From Octopus bimaculoides (taxonomy: Eukaryota), in the NCBI RefSeq assembly GCF_001194135.2, contig NC_068982.1, positions 22,972,545 through 23,028,869 on the forward strand: a stretch of 56,325 nt of DNA, written 5' to 3'. The notes beneath the pieces were generated by a model. That model was not told the DNA's origin. It was given only the letters and a program-made list of their open reading frames with translations, and searched no databases. The position numbers and the translations under genes are program-made. How positions within the stretch are numbered: the stretch's first letter is position 1; each line of letters begins with the position of its first letter. Shown one piece after another: positions 37,962-49,620 of the stretch.

Positions 37962-39949
37962 TACACGCACGCGCGCACACACACACACATGAACCACATT
38001 GATTTATTATTGCAGCTTTCAAGATGTTTTAAAATGTAAAATAGAATTTAATATTTAATTTCATTTGAACGAATATAAAATTCTTCAGACTAAAAGGAAA
38101 AAGAAAAAAATTATTTATTGACACGATTCATAATGCGTGTGAGATATATATGTATCTATATGTGCGTGTATGTGTGTGTGTGAGTGTGCGTGTTTGTATA
38201 TACAGAGAGTGAGTGAGTGAGAGAGAAAGAGATGTACGTATATATTTATATACCAAAATGTGTGGAAACCTATATGTATGAATATATCAATCTGCATGCG
38301 TATAAATGTATGAGTGCATGTATTTTTTACATACACGCACATATACACGCACTTAAGTATGTGTCGATACGTGCGTGTGTGTATTTTCACGTCTGCCCAA
38401 TGCTAAATAGCCACCTGATTATCTCGTATGACATGAATCCAGTATACTTTAAACCGTGATCTAAAACATAAAGATATATAAATTTATAAGTAGCATCATA
38501 CCACATAGACTGAAACAGCTAACTTTAAATAGAAAGTGCCGGAGGCCCCCTATACCACTCTATTGTAGTCAATAACATGGTCTCGCGACATGCGATATGT
38601 ACGTTGTTCTGATCTCGTCAGAACCACGTACAGTTCTTTTGGTTTCTTAAATTGTTTATTTTTTTTTAACGTCTAACCTCAATATTTTTTCTCTCTCTCT
38701 CTCCTTCTCTCTCTCTCTTTATATATATTTGAACACATACACATCACGTACACACATGTGTATATGAAGAGAGAAATATATACATACGTTCTTATATACA
38801 AGTTCGCATGCACGTTGTGTAAGTTAATGCCTATGTTTGTTATCACTGAATCGTTAAAGGCTGTCTCTCCATTTACTGCTTACGTAAAAATAAAATGATA
38901 AAAACAAAAATAAAAAAGCAGAAAGAAATAAACAACTGAATTACGCTTGCTCTCTCACAAATAATGTAAAGAAAACATATAAAGTTTTATGTCTGTCTTA
39001 GACACGATTATAATAGTAAAAAGAAAAAAATATGTAAAAGAAAGAAAGCAAGACAGCAATGCTAAGATGGAAAATATACTATATAATATCTGAGAATTGT
39101 TGAAGACAGAAATATATATCTATGTATATATATATATATATNNNNNNNNNNNNNNNNNNNNNNNNNNNNNNNNNNNNNNNNNNNNNNNNNNNNNNNNNNN
39201 NNNNNNNNNNNNNNNNNNNNNNNNNNNNNNNNNNNNNNNNNNNNNNNNNNNNNNNNNNNNNNNNNNNNNNNNNNNNNNNNNNNNNNNNNNNNNNNNNNNN
39301 NNNNNNNNNNNNNNNNNNNNNNNNNNNNNNNNNNNNNNNNNNNNNNNNNNNNNNNNNNNNNNNNNNNNNNNNNNNNNNNNNNNNNNNNNNNNNNNNNNNN
39401 NNNNNNNNNNNNNNNNNNNNNNNNNNNNNNNNNNNNNNNNNNNNNNNNNNNNNNNNNNNNNNNNNNNNNNNNNNNNNNNNNNNNNNNNNNNNNNNNNNNN
39501 NNNNNNNNNNNNNNNNNNNNNNNNNNNNNNNNNNNNNNNNNNNNNNNNNNNNNNNNNNNNNNTATATATATATATATATATTTATGTATATATATAAGTA
39601 CATGCATATATATATATACATATACACGTGTGTGTGTGTATGTGTGTGTACTTATTCATATATATACACACAAACACATTGTTCTCCTATTCTCCAGATT
39701 GAAATTGGAAAAATATATGCTTGATCGTCAATTCTACGTCTTAAAAGACATTCCGCTTTCATTTACCTCTAGCATCTGATTCCTCCTTATCTCGTCGTAC
39801 CCATGCAGTGACTGTTGTGAGAAATGTTTGAGATCGCGATGAACTTACAGATCTTAGTTGATTTCGACAGAGAGGTAAATTAGTAAGAGAGACACTGGCA
39901 CAATATCTTTTTTGCTTTGGAAATTTGGAACCCAGTAAGATCGATGCCG

Positions 39950-40410
39950 TTTATATTCCGTTTAAAATGCTGCAATTCCATACCATCATGTATGCCATAT
40001 GCATGGAGCAGATTCCAAACAGGCAATGTTCTGTGGAGGTATATCGGATGTAGTGTTTAATGCGATGCCAGATCGGTGGGGTTAGCATGAATACAATATG
40101 GTTGATATGGCGTGGAGTAACAAGCAGATACTTCTGAGTGGTGCAGATACTTCTTCGAGAAGCTGTGGCTGTTTTAATTATGATAGGAGAAAAAGATAAA
40201 AGACAGCACACCAGCGAACTACGGACTGGAGTGCTTCGGTAAGCTAATCATTCCAGCAGCCATTCTTTGGTTATTGTACAAGATCGGTGTGTGTGTACCA
40301 GTAGTACCATCGCAGATGTGGGCGTAGTATTTTATTGAATTGCCACTTGTGCCTTGTAGTGAGCCAACAACAGCTTTCAGGGGTTGACATCTTATGGCCT
40401 TGAATAAAAG
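39950..40410 (-). mobile_element. decayed 3' end of a CR1/L2/Jockey-group LINE
   Basis: Minus-strand frames give LLLAHYKAQV, IKYYAHICDGTTGTHTPILYNNQRMA and RTLPVWNLLHAYGIHDGMELQHFKRNI, resembling the recalled LxLYKAQVRPxxEYCSHIWDG...RTxxLWNxLP...DLQxFKxxI. Confidence 0.72.
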
Positions 40411-40815
40411 AATTAATTTTTAAGAGGCAGTCCTAATTATGATAAGAACGCGCTTTTGCCAGGAGAGATCAATGTAGTTTCAGTTATTTTAGGATGTATA
40501 CTATATATATTTTGTTTCATTTGGGAGCTAAGATATGATTCTAGAGTCATTCTAGGGGTTATTTCTGTTACTAGGGTTTTTGTGGCAGTTACTATTATAT
40601 AAATACAGAAATATACGAAGTATAGATCAATCTATACTTACGTCTTTTTAGATGCGGTATCGAATGTTGAGTACATTGAAAACTACGGCTTCCTACAGGG
40701 AGTCTATCGTAAATCATTCTGACGAAGTTCATCCTTTTTTAGTAGAACCTATCGAAGCATTCATCATGCATATCTTCAGCAGTACCCATATGAATTTAAC
40801 AAAACGGTGCTATTA

Positions 40816-40816
<1 letters not shown>

Positions 40817-40875
<59 letters not shown>

Positions 40876-40892
40876 CATGATAATAATAATAA
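40817..40892. repeat. (TAA)n array
   Basis: Direct reading; it abuts the 5'-truncated Dong-like LINE. Confidence 0.95.
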
Positions 40893-42060
40893 ACTTGTTA
40901 AACGAAACCACCATGGGTATGAGACAAAAAATAAACCATCTCCTGTACATGGATGACATAAAACCTTTCGCTAAAAGGACCATGGAACAGAGAAATCTTA
41001 TCAAAATTGGTCAGAGTTTCAGCAATGATCTTCGAATGAGCATGGGGTTGGACAAATGTGCCAAAGTCAAACTGAGAAGAGGCAAATTATTCAGCACTGA
41101 AAAAGCTGTACTTGAGAAACCAAGATTAGAAAAACCAGAAAACTACTAACAGCGTACCGAAGTCACCGGCCCATAGTTAATGCAGACAAAATACATCTAC
41201 CCCGCTCAAAAGGAAGCCGTGGCTTGATACAGATAGAAAACTGCTATAGAATAACAACAGTTGGACTAGCAAAGTAGAGAAATGAAAAGTGGAGGACTAC
41301 TGCATGTAGTAAAGCAGCACAAGAAAAAGAAAACGCTTTTCTCTATACACAAGGGGGCGACAAAATACAAAACAGAAACAAACTACACTGACACACTGGC
41401 CTCAGATCACAACATAGCAAAACTGGTCAAAGAGGAAACACATGAGAACTCAAATACAAAAGATACTGAAGAAGAAATGGAGAGAAAAACCACTTCATGG
41501 CCAATATCTTGAAAGACTTGACTGAGAGGAATTGGACGTAAGTAAAAACTTCCAATGACTCAAAGGCTCTGGACTAAAATCTGAAACAGAAAGATTGATT
41601 CTCGCTGCACAAGACCAATACCTGACTACAAACAATTATAAAAACAAAATAATGAAAACAGACCTCAGCACCAAATGCAGAATGTGCAACCAGTACAATG
41701 AGAAAGTTGAACACATCATCTTGGGCTGCCCAGTCCTTGCCAAGTCTGAATATATATACAGACACGACAAAGTAAACGGTTGTAGGCACTGGACGATATG
41801 CCAAACATTGCAACATCATAACTAGCAACAAGTGGTCTAAGCATGTGCCAATCAATGTATAAGACAACGACCAAGCCACAATCATCTGGGATATGCTGGT
41901 TCAAACCGACAGAGAAATAAAAGATAATCGCAGAGATATAATAGTCGAGGACTGGGGAAAAAAAACACCTGGTTACTGATTGACATTGCAGTCCATTCTG
42001 ATTAAAATATCAAAAAAGAAGTGGAGAAATTGTCAAAATACAAAGACCTCGAAATTGAGT
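40893..42060 (+). mobile_element. 5'-truncated, decayed R4/Dong/Rex6-like non-LTR retrotransposon (RT, CCHC, restriction-like endonuclease)
   Basis: INHLLYMDDIK (RT motif), MGLDKCAK, WREKPLHGQY, ILAAQDQYLTT, CRMC...EKVEHIILGCPVL (CCHC), IIWD..QTDREI..NR.DII, EKLSKYKDLEIE; frameshifts and stops. Confidence 0.93.
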
Positions 42061-42061
42061 G

Positions 42062-42540
42062 CCTGGAACATTCTAAGTGTCAGGTGACCAGTCTCAACCT
42101 ATCTTTAATCCAGAACTGTAGCTCGGTCAAGGCGACGAGCTGCGGAAAGACGTGTTTCACAAACGGAGCCCACACACGTTCTCCTTCTAGAAATTGTTGC
42201 AAGTGGCGCAACCTGAGTGCTTGTCCGCTCATCAAAAGCTATGGCATGCCCAAGCCGCCACGCAGAGAAAGTTGGCAACAGACGGACCAACTGGCCATTG
42301 GAATGCATCCCTTTCACAAGGAAATAAACAAGACACGCTCCAATCTAATCAAGATGTAAGTGGGACAAGGCCCAACGGTCAGACGATAAATAATGACAGA
42401 GGTGATGTAGGCATTCGCTACTCCTGCCCGACCTTTCAGGGACAAATTCCTCTGTGCCCATTTCTGGGTAAGACAGGCCACCCTGTTCATCACCTCTTCC
42501 CAATTATTATCCACCTTGAGGTCAGGACTGAAGCACATTC
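42062..42540 (-). mobile_element. Tx1/L1-clade LINE fragment (post-RT region)
   Basis: WAQRNLSLKGRAGVANAYITSVIIYRLTV and CCQLSLRGGLGMP...ALRLRHL, typical of Tx1-like RT C-termini. Confidence 0.8.
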
Positions 42541-42544
42541 TGAA

Positions 42545-43138
42545 CAGTTCAGCGTCTGACGCTTACTGGTATGGACATCATCCTGAGCCAGTCGTTGAAG
42601 GTAAAAATGTTACTATCCCCTGGGATTTTCCAGTCAACATCGACAGAACGATCCAAGCTAATCGACTAGACATAGTCATTAAAGACAGGGAAGAAAATAC
42701 TTGTAGACTAACAGATGTAAGTGTTCCCACTGATAAGAATATATCTGTAAATGAATTTGACAAATTAAGCAAATATAAGGACCTAGAAATTGAAATACAA
42801 AAGATGGGGCATCTTAAAGCTAGATCTGTTTCTGTTGTTGTGGTTGCCTTAGGTATGATAAGAAAGGGGTGTTAGAAACATCTAGATAAGATCACAGGAG
42901 AACCATGTCTCAGAGAAATCCAAAAGATTGTGCTGACAAGTACTACCCACATCCTTAGAAAAACCCTATCAATTTAAATGTGTGTTGTATTACGTTATTT
43001 CTCCTGGCATTTCCCTTCCCAAACGTTCAGTCATACTGTAACATCTCTTATCCTTCACTCGCCCTAGAACGCTGGGTTTGTCTCGGCAAGTGATTGCAGC
43101 AAGCATGCAAATTAAAGGTAAATAATAATAATAATGAT
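42545..43138 (+). mobile_element. second Dong/R4-like 3' fragment (endonuclease, 3'UTR, (TAA)n end)
   Basis: WYGHHPEPVVEGKNVTIPWDFPVNIDRTIQANRLDIVIKD...DVSVP...DKLSKYKDLEIEI...VVVALGMI...HILRKTLSI*; ends in TAA repeats at 43119-43138. Confidence 0.92.
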
Positions 43139-43140
43139 AT

Positions 43141-43500
43141 GACAACGTTTCTTTAAAAGAAATGGAGAAACCTTCAAAATACAAAGACCCGGAAATAGAG
43201 GTAGCTCGAATGTGGATTCTAAAAACAGAATTCCAATCATAATAGGCGCATTAGGTATGATAAAAAATATTCAGACAAATACATAATAAAAACATCAGGA
43301 CTAACAAATATATATAACATACAAAAAATAGTACTACTAGGCACTGCACACATCCAACATAAAAAAAAAACTCTCAACATAGTGAAAAATAAGAGCATCA
43401 CAACAAACCATAGAATATAGCCAAGGCACAGAGAGCCGCGATCGGTAGTGGAATGAAAGCACGTGATAAAGATAAAACTACTGAATGATAAGAAAAAAAA
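43141..43500 (+). mobile_element. third Dong/R4-like 3' fragment (different 3'UTR)
   Basis: KEMEKPSKYKDPEIEVARMW...IIIGALGMIK...IQKIVLLGTAHI, then a distinct UTR. Confidence 0.85.
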
Positions 43501-43504
43501 AAAC

Positions 43505-43716
43505 AACTTTCTACTGAAGGCACAAGGCCTGAAGTTTGACAAGAGGGGACGAGTCAATTAAATCAACCCCAGTGTTTCTTTAGTACTTAATTTATCGATC
43601 TCGAAATAATAAAAGGCAAAATCAATCTCGGTGGAATTTGGACACAGAGAGTCAAAGCGGATAAAATGCTGCTAAGCATTTCGTCCGGCGTGGTAATGAT
43701 TCTGTCAGCTCACCGC

Positions 43717-43717
<1 letters not shown>
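43505..43717 (-). mobile_element. SINE-A, followed by (TAA)n
   Basis: ggcacaaggcctgaag...ttctgtcagctcaccgc then aataataat. Confidence 0.85.
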
Positions 43718-43749
<32 letters not shown>

Positions 43750-43879
43750 GTTGTTTCAAATTTTGCCACAAGTGCAGCCAATTTGGGTGATGGCATAAGT
43801 CGATTACATCGACCCTATGCATTTCGTCCAGCATACTAATGACTCTGGCTAATATTAATAATAATAATAATAATAATGA

Positions 43880-44092
43880 GTATTACTATAGGCACAAAGC
43901 CTGAATTTTATGGGGAGGGGGATTACCGATTACACCGACCTCAGTGTTTCACTGGTACTTCATTTATCGACGCCGAAAGGATGAAAAGCAAAGTCGACCT
44001 CGGCGGAATTTGAACTCAAAGCGTAACGACGAGCGGGATACCGCTAAGCATCTCGCTCCGCGTACTAATGTCTCTGGCAGCTCGCCGCCTTA
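43880..44092 (-). mobile_element. SINE-A flanked by (TAA)n on both sides
   Basis: Near-consensus copy ending ggcagctcgccgcctt-aataataac. Confidence 0.9.
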
Positions 44093-44159
44093 ATAATAAC
44101 AATAATAATAATGATATTAATAATAATAATCATGTTAGATAATGTGTGATAAACTTATG

Positions 44160-44541
44160 TTGTTGGCACTCCGTCGCTTACGACGTCGAGGGTTCCAGTT
44201 AATCCAATCAACGGAACAGCCTGCTCGTGAAATTAACGTGCAAGTGGCTGAGCACTCCACAGACATGTGTACCCTTAACGTAATTCTCGGGGATATTGAG
44301 CGTGACACAGTGTGACAAGGCTGATCCTTTGAATTACAGGCACAACAGAAACAGGAAGTAAGAGTGAGAGAAAATTGTGGTGAAAGAGTACAGCAGGTTT
44401 CACCTCCGTCCCATGCCGGAGCCTCGTGGAGCTTTAGGTGTTTTCGCTCAATAAACACTCACAAAGCCCGGTCTAGGAATCGAAACCGTGAACTATGACC
44501 GCGAGTCCGCTGCCCTAACCACTGGGCCATTGCGCCTCCAC
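44160..44541 (-). mobile_element. full-length SINE-C with 12-bp TSD
   Basis: GATAAACTTATG at 44148-44159 and 44542-44553. Confidence 0.93.
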
Positions 44542-46184
44542 GATAAACTTATGACAGCGGTGGTAATGTGAAACAAGCAATTGACAATGCCGTCAACTGT
44601 CCAATGAATGCATCGATTCGTTTGCACTTGATGGCTCATGTAGGTGCTGAAAGCATTCGACCATGACGTTCACTAAATTTCTCATTTTCACATTCAAACT
44701 AATTTGTGAAATTTATATAAAACGGAGTAAAAATAAAATGTAAAGGAGAAAAGAATCGAAAGCTGAAATTAAAATATGAAAAGTAAACTAAAGATAAAAC
44801 TAAAATATTTCAGAGAAATTAAAAATTTCTAATTGAACTAAATGCACTGGTTCGGTGATATAGTTGAAACAAATTGAGTGAAATCGTAGACTTAGTGATT
44901 TAAACGTAGTTCTGTCTGCACCATGTACCTTCAAGCTAAACGTGACCATATTTCCCGACTTGAGTTGCTTTAAATTAAATTTCCAGTGCATAAGCTATTT
45001 TCATATATTCCCTCTCTATTCCGATACATATGCACTTACAATTTGTTACCGAGCTTAAACACCACTTTTCGTTCTCCATGCTGAGATACAGATCAAAAAG
45101 TCTGGTCGGCAGAGAGTAGATGTAAATTTGATTTAATGAAATCAATCGTAATGCTTTTAATGAATACTGATTAGAATTCCAGACAGAAATCTGATTCATT
45201 AATTATATTTCACGTATAATTTTTGTTGTTGTATGTTCTGGGTTCCGATTTTGAAAGTGTAGCTCTTGCCTAGCATGACTCCTAGAACGATCCAATACAT
45301 ACTAGTCATACTAGTCATACGCTGACATAGGTTATAGTTATTGAAAATAAATCATATTTATTGTTGTAAATGTTGACGACATTTCATTTCTCCGTCATTA
45401 TGCTCCAGCCTGAAATCTTAATCACTCCATATCTGGTTTCACAGACAATGACGTGCCCTGCTTATGTTTATTTAGTTGTGTGTGTGTTTACAATGCAAGA
45501 CAGCTATTTTCAATCATTCTGTCTTTCTGGCCGACTGGCGATTAAAATTGCTGCCGCATTTCGCGGGGAAAAATAAAAGCTGCTTGGAAGCTTAACATTT
45601 TGAAACTATACACAAAATGTCTTAGTTTGTTTTAGTAATCAGGCTTGTAAATACTGAAAGTATGAAGACAATATATTTCTCAAGACATTGATGAATTTTC
45701 TAAAACATGTATTTATAAAAATCTAAGATGCACCAATTGGCTGCAGGGCAATGTTTTAGACCACTGCTGTTAATGCAACAAGCAAAATGCATACCGAAAT
45801 TTATATTTGTTTTCCTTTTGGAAATACATCCAAATCGTTTGGAGTTTGGCTTTGTTTTCCATCCTTTCTCGGGAGAAAAAATAAGTACCTAATAACGAAA
45901 TCTATTGGATTAAGCAGACTTAAGCTTTTAAGAATATCTTACATTGCGTCAACTGAAGTATGTTAAAGAGATTATCAATGATGTGAGAGACGTGTTTCGG
46001 AGAACAAAATATATACTCTCGGTAAGCCAAAATGAGAGTACAGAAAATTGCCAGTAAAGACTATTAACCATTATATAAGCTAACGTATTATATCGTGGAC
46101 ACCCGTACGTTTTGTATGCTCATGTAAAACAATTGCAAAGCACAGTCTTTGGTATCCTTTTTTGTCTGCTTTACTTGTGACCAT

Positions 46185-46410
46185 TGAAAGCGCGTAAGGT
46201 CGTGAGTTCGATTCCCGGTTGCACGTTGTACCTTCAGAAAGACTCTTTATTTCACGTTGCTCCAGTCCACTCAGCTGACAAAAATGAGTTACACCTGTAA
46301 TTCAAAAGGCCAGCCTTGTTACATTCTGTCACGCTTAATCTCCCTGTTCTGTTGTTCGGATCAGCTGTAACGCTTGTCGTCGTAACCGACAGAATACCGG
46401 TCACCTGAGC
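46185..46410 (+). mobile_element. mosaic SINE (SINE-D-type core plus SINE-C-type tail), internally deleted
   Basis: atttcacgttgctccagtccactcagctg (as in SINE-D), then cctgtaattcaaaaggccagccttg...gtcgtaaccgac (as in SINE-C). Confidence 0.75.
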
Positions 46411-46769
46411 CCAACAGTTGCCCATGTTTGCAACTGATGTCTACGCCTATGATTTTCAAAAAGAAGATAAGCGTCGACACTGCCTGAAACCAGCTGCGCA
46501 GACGTTGCTACCATATTGTATAGAACTGAATATACACTGCGTCCTAATAATTCTGCTAATCAACCTTCCTGAACTATTGTTCAGTTATCAAATTCAAAAT
46601 GAAGAAAAGCATAGTTGAACTAAAAAATCAGAGCAGTGGAAGAAATACTTCAAAGCAGTTTATTCGACGCTCTAAGGACACTGCTTCTTCTTTTTTTGTA
46701 AAGTAATGTTATTGATAGAAGCTCTTCACCTTCTTTGTAACTATAACAGTAATATGTAATTTGCACATA

Positions 46770-47010
46770 AGGTGGTCGGCTCGTAGAACCATAGGGTTAA
46801 AATGTTTAGCGGCATTTCATCGGGCAAAATGCTTAGCGGCATTTCATTCGTTTTTACGCTCTGAGTTCAAATTCCGTCGCGGTCGACTTTGCCTTTCATT
46901 TTTCTGGAGATCGATAAACTGAGTACCAGTTGAGCAGGGCGGGGGGTCGATGTAATCGCATTAACCCATCCCTGGACCTTGCTGACTTTGTACCAAAATT
47001 TGAAGCCAAT
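46770..47010 (+). mobile_element. SINE-A with an internal duplication of aaatg(c/t)ttagcggcatttcat
   Basis: Alignment by eye to 25283. Confidence 0.8.
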
Positions 47011-49027
47011 ATTTAATTTACATTCAATTCCTTAGCTTTCAGTGTTGAGTTAAAAACTGCAAAACTTCCTATGTAAGTAAATTAATTATTTCTTTTTTCA
47101 TTTGTTGTATGCAATGAAAACTGCATATAAATTTCGAAAACAATCTGTTGGATTTGGAAAACAATCTCATTTAGAGCAATTTTGTTGAATTTCAATCGGG
47201 AAACTAACCACGTTTAAGAAATGTTTAATTAGTATGTATACTATACAAGTTAAACCAATTCATTTGTTTTCAAATGATGCTTTTTTTCATAAAACGTATC
47301 ATAATAATTGTGCCGTGGAAAAAGCGACATAAATAGTTGAAAATCGAGCTAAAATGTTGCCTTACAACTGGAGTTCAAATCATGTGAAGACCAACTTTGT
47401 GTTTCCTTAATTGAGATTTTCAGACGACAAATATTATTTATATACTGTAGTCGGTTCAGTGGGATATACCACACTGTTGCACACATCTCTCTGGAAGGGA
47501 TGAAAAAAAAAATGATCATAAATATGATTGCAGCTTTGTATGAAAAAGCTGTTGTTATGTAGCTCAATGTAAATTATGATTAAGCAACAACACTACGTGG
47601 TATTTCGACGTTCTGGAGTTTGCTGAAGTTTTAATACGCTACATCAAATGGTTATGGATCTTTATCGAATTTTACTTTACGGTCTCAAATATGTATTACA
47701 AATACTGGAACTCTAATAAAAATAATTGTTACCTAATATTTGCCCACCGCTTGTCTTTACATTCAGTAAATATTTTATAAATTTTAAAGTTAAGAGAAAT
47801 AAATAATCATTCCTGTCTTAAAATAGTATCAAAAGGTGTTTTAACACAGGCAGAAATTGCTGGTTAATTTTCACTAAGAGCACAAAATTTGTTTAATATT
47901 TGTGCGTTTCCGAATTATATTAACTGTACAATGTTACTAACGGAAAATTGAAACAGGTCGCTAACCACCCAGACAATTTTGTAATTCCGTGAATATATGA
48001 ATTCACATTGGCAGTTTGAATTTCTGCGACGGTTATTAGTCAGCTAGAAATGACCAAGAAAACAAAAACATTCATTAAAATTTCTTAATTAGTGTAATTA
48101 TTTTTGGGGTATTGATTTAAAAAAAGTACTTTCATTTTGAATATTTTGATAATTAGTTAAAATATTTTTATTTTGTTATCTATTAAAGCTATAATTAGTC
48201 TTTTTACTGACTAGATAATAAAGATTATTTTCCCCTTGGTAATTTCCTAGCCAGGACACATACGCGCCCGCATACGTTATGAACTATTCATATATGCATG
48301 CATTTATGCGACCATGTACGCATATATTATAATTTCATCTGAGGAAAAGAAATGCGATCGATCATATCTAATTGTCGTTATTTGCTAGAATGTGTGTCAG
48401 ATGAATAAAACTAATACAGTTGAAGCTTAGTGGTTGATGGGGTAAATTGCCACGGATACACTTCTATAGAGATTTTATATGTTAATAAATGGCAATATTA
48501 AATTATACGACTGTCTATACCGAAAATTTAGGTAAGGTTGAGGAAACCTATGTTTAACAATATCCCAGCATTCACATTCCTGTCTATTTTCAGGATTAAG
48601 ACTAGATCATTCTCTTTTGTTCCCTCTCTCGATCTTCAAAATATAGAATATGTAATTTGGAAGAAATTTACTGTTCTTGTTAGTTAGTTTGTGACCACTT
48701 AGAGGTTACCGTGTCGAAATATATATTCAAGGTGGTATACATGTGCTGATACAAATTGAAGTGTTAAGGTGAATTTGTTCCATCATTCTTTCTGCAGTCG
48801 TCCTTTTCGTTCGTTCGAAAATCAGTAACAGTGTCCTGACTATGGCATCAATCTAAGGTACGTCAGCCTAACAGATATCAAACACGTCCAACCTATTTCA
48901 TTACTCTATAAACCAAACGAAATACCGTTGATTTATTAAATATTCTATATGCTTATTACGTGAGGTCTTACTTATAAGTAGTAAGTATATATTACAGTTC
49001 TATATTTAAGAGATTAGGAATTATGCA

Positions 49028-49269
49028 CATTATTTACATTAGTTACATTTGACAGATATTTGTCCTCATCTTGTTTGTTGTTAACACAACGTTTCGGCTG
49101 ATATACCCTCCAGCTTTCATCAGGTGTCTTGGGGGAAATTTTCAACCTGGGTTCTCATTCCTAAGTATTTTTCGATATTATTATTATCAGCCGATGTTAT
49201 TATTATCACCCGAAACGTTTTGTTAACAACAAACAAGATGAGGACAAATATCTGTTAAATGTAAATAAT
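49028..49269 (-). mobile_element. 5'-truncated HHR-SINE (family 1) with an inverted 3' fragment (49210-49269 on plus)
   Basis: 49028-49186 matches 51996-52150; 49210-49269 is the reverse complement of about 49030-49096. Confidence 0.85.
49083..49128 (-). ncRNA. minimal hammerhead motif (family 1)
   Basis: GACAC-CUGAUGA-A-AGCUG(GAGGGUAUAU)CAGCC-GAAA-CG-UU-GUGUU; A-C mismatch at the base of stem II. Confidence 0.62.
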
Positions 49270-49388
49270 ATAATTAATGCAGGTATATATTGTATAAATT
49301 TCTGCCTTTGAGATTGAAACCTTTTGAAATGGTAAAACGAAAAAGGCACCGGATGCGTGATATGAACTACCAACATTACAATCGGTAG

Positions 49389-49620
49389 AAGGCGGCGTGC
49401 TGGAAGAATCGTTAGCATGTCGGGGGAAACGCATAGCGGAATTTCGTCCGTCTTTACGTTCTGAGATCAAATTCCACCGAGGTTGACTTTGCCCTTCATC
49501 CCCTCGGTGTGTATAAAATAAGTACCAATCGAGTTCTGGGGTTAATGTAATAGACTATACTCCTTCCCACAAAAAAAAAGAAGAAAAACCTGGTAGCCTT
49601 GTGCCAAAATTTGAAACCGA
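49389..49620 (+). mobile_element. SINE-A
   Basis: aaggcggcgtgctggaagaatcgttagc...gccttgtgccaaaatttgaaacc. Confidence 0.88.

Noticed and set aside
40630-40730. Overlapping plus acceptor and minus donor with short open frames (DAVSNVEYIENYGFLQGVYR; MIYDRLPVGSRSF)
   Set aside because: The partner splice sites are weak and there is no recognisable homology; compatible with chance.
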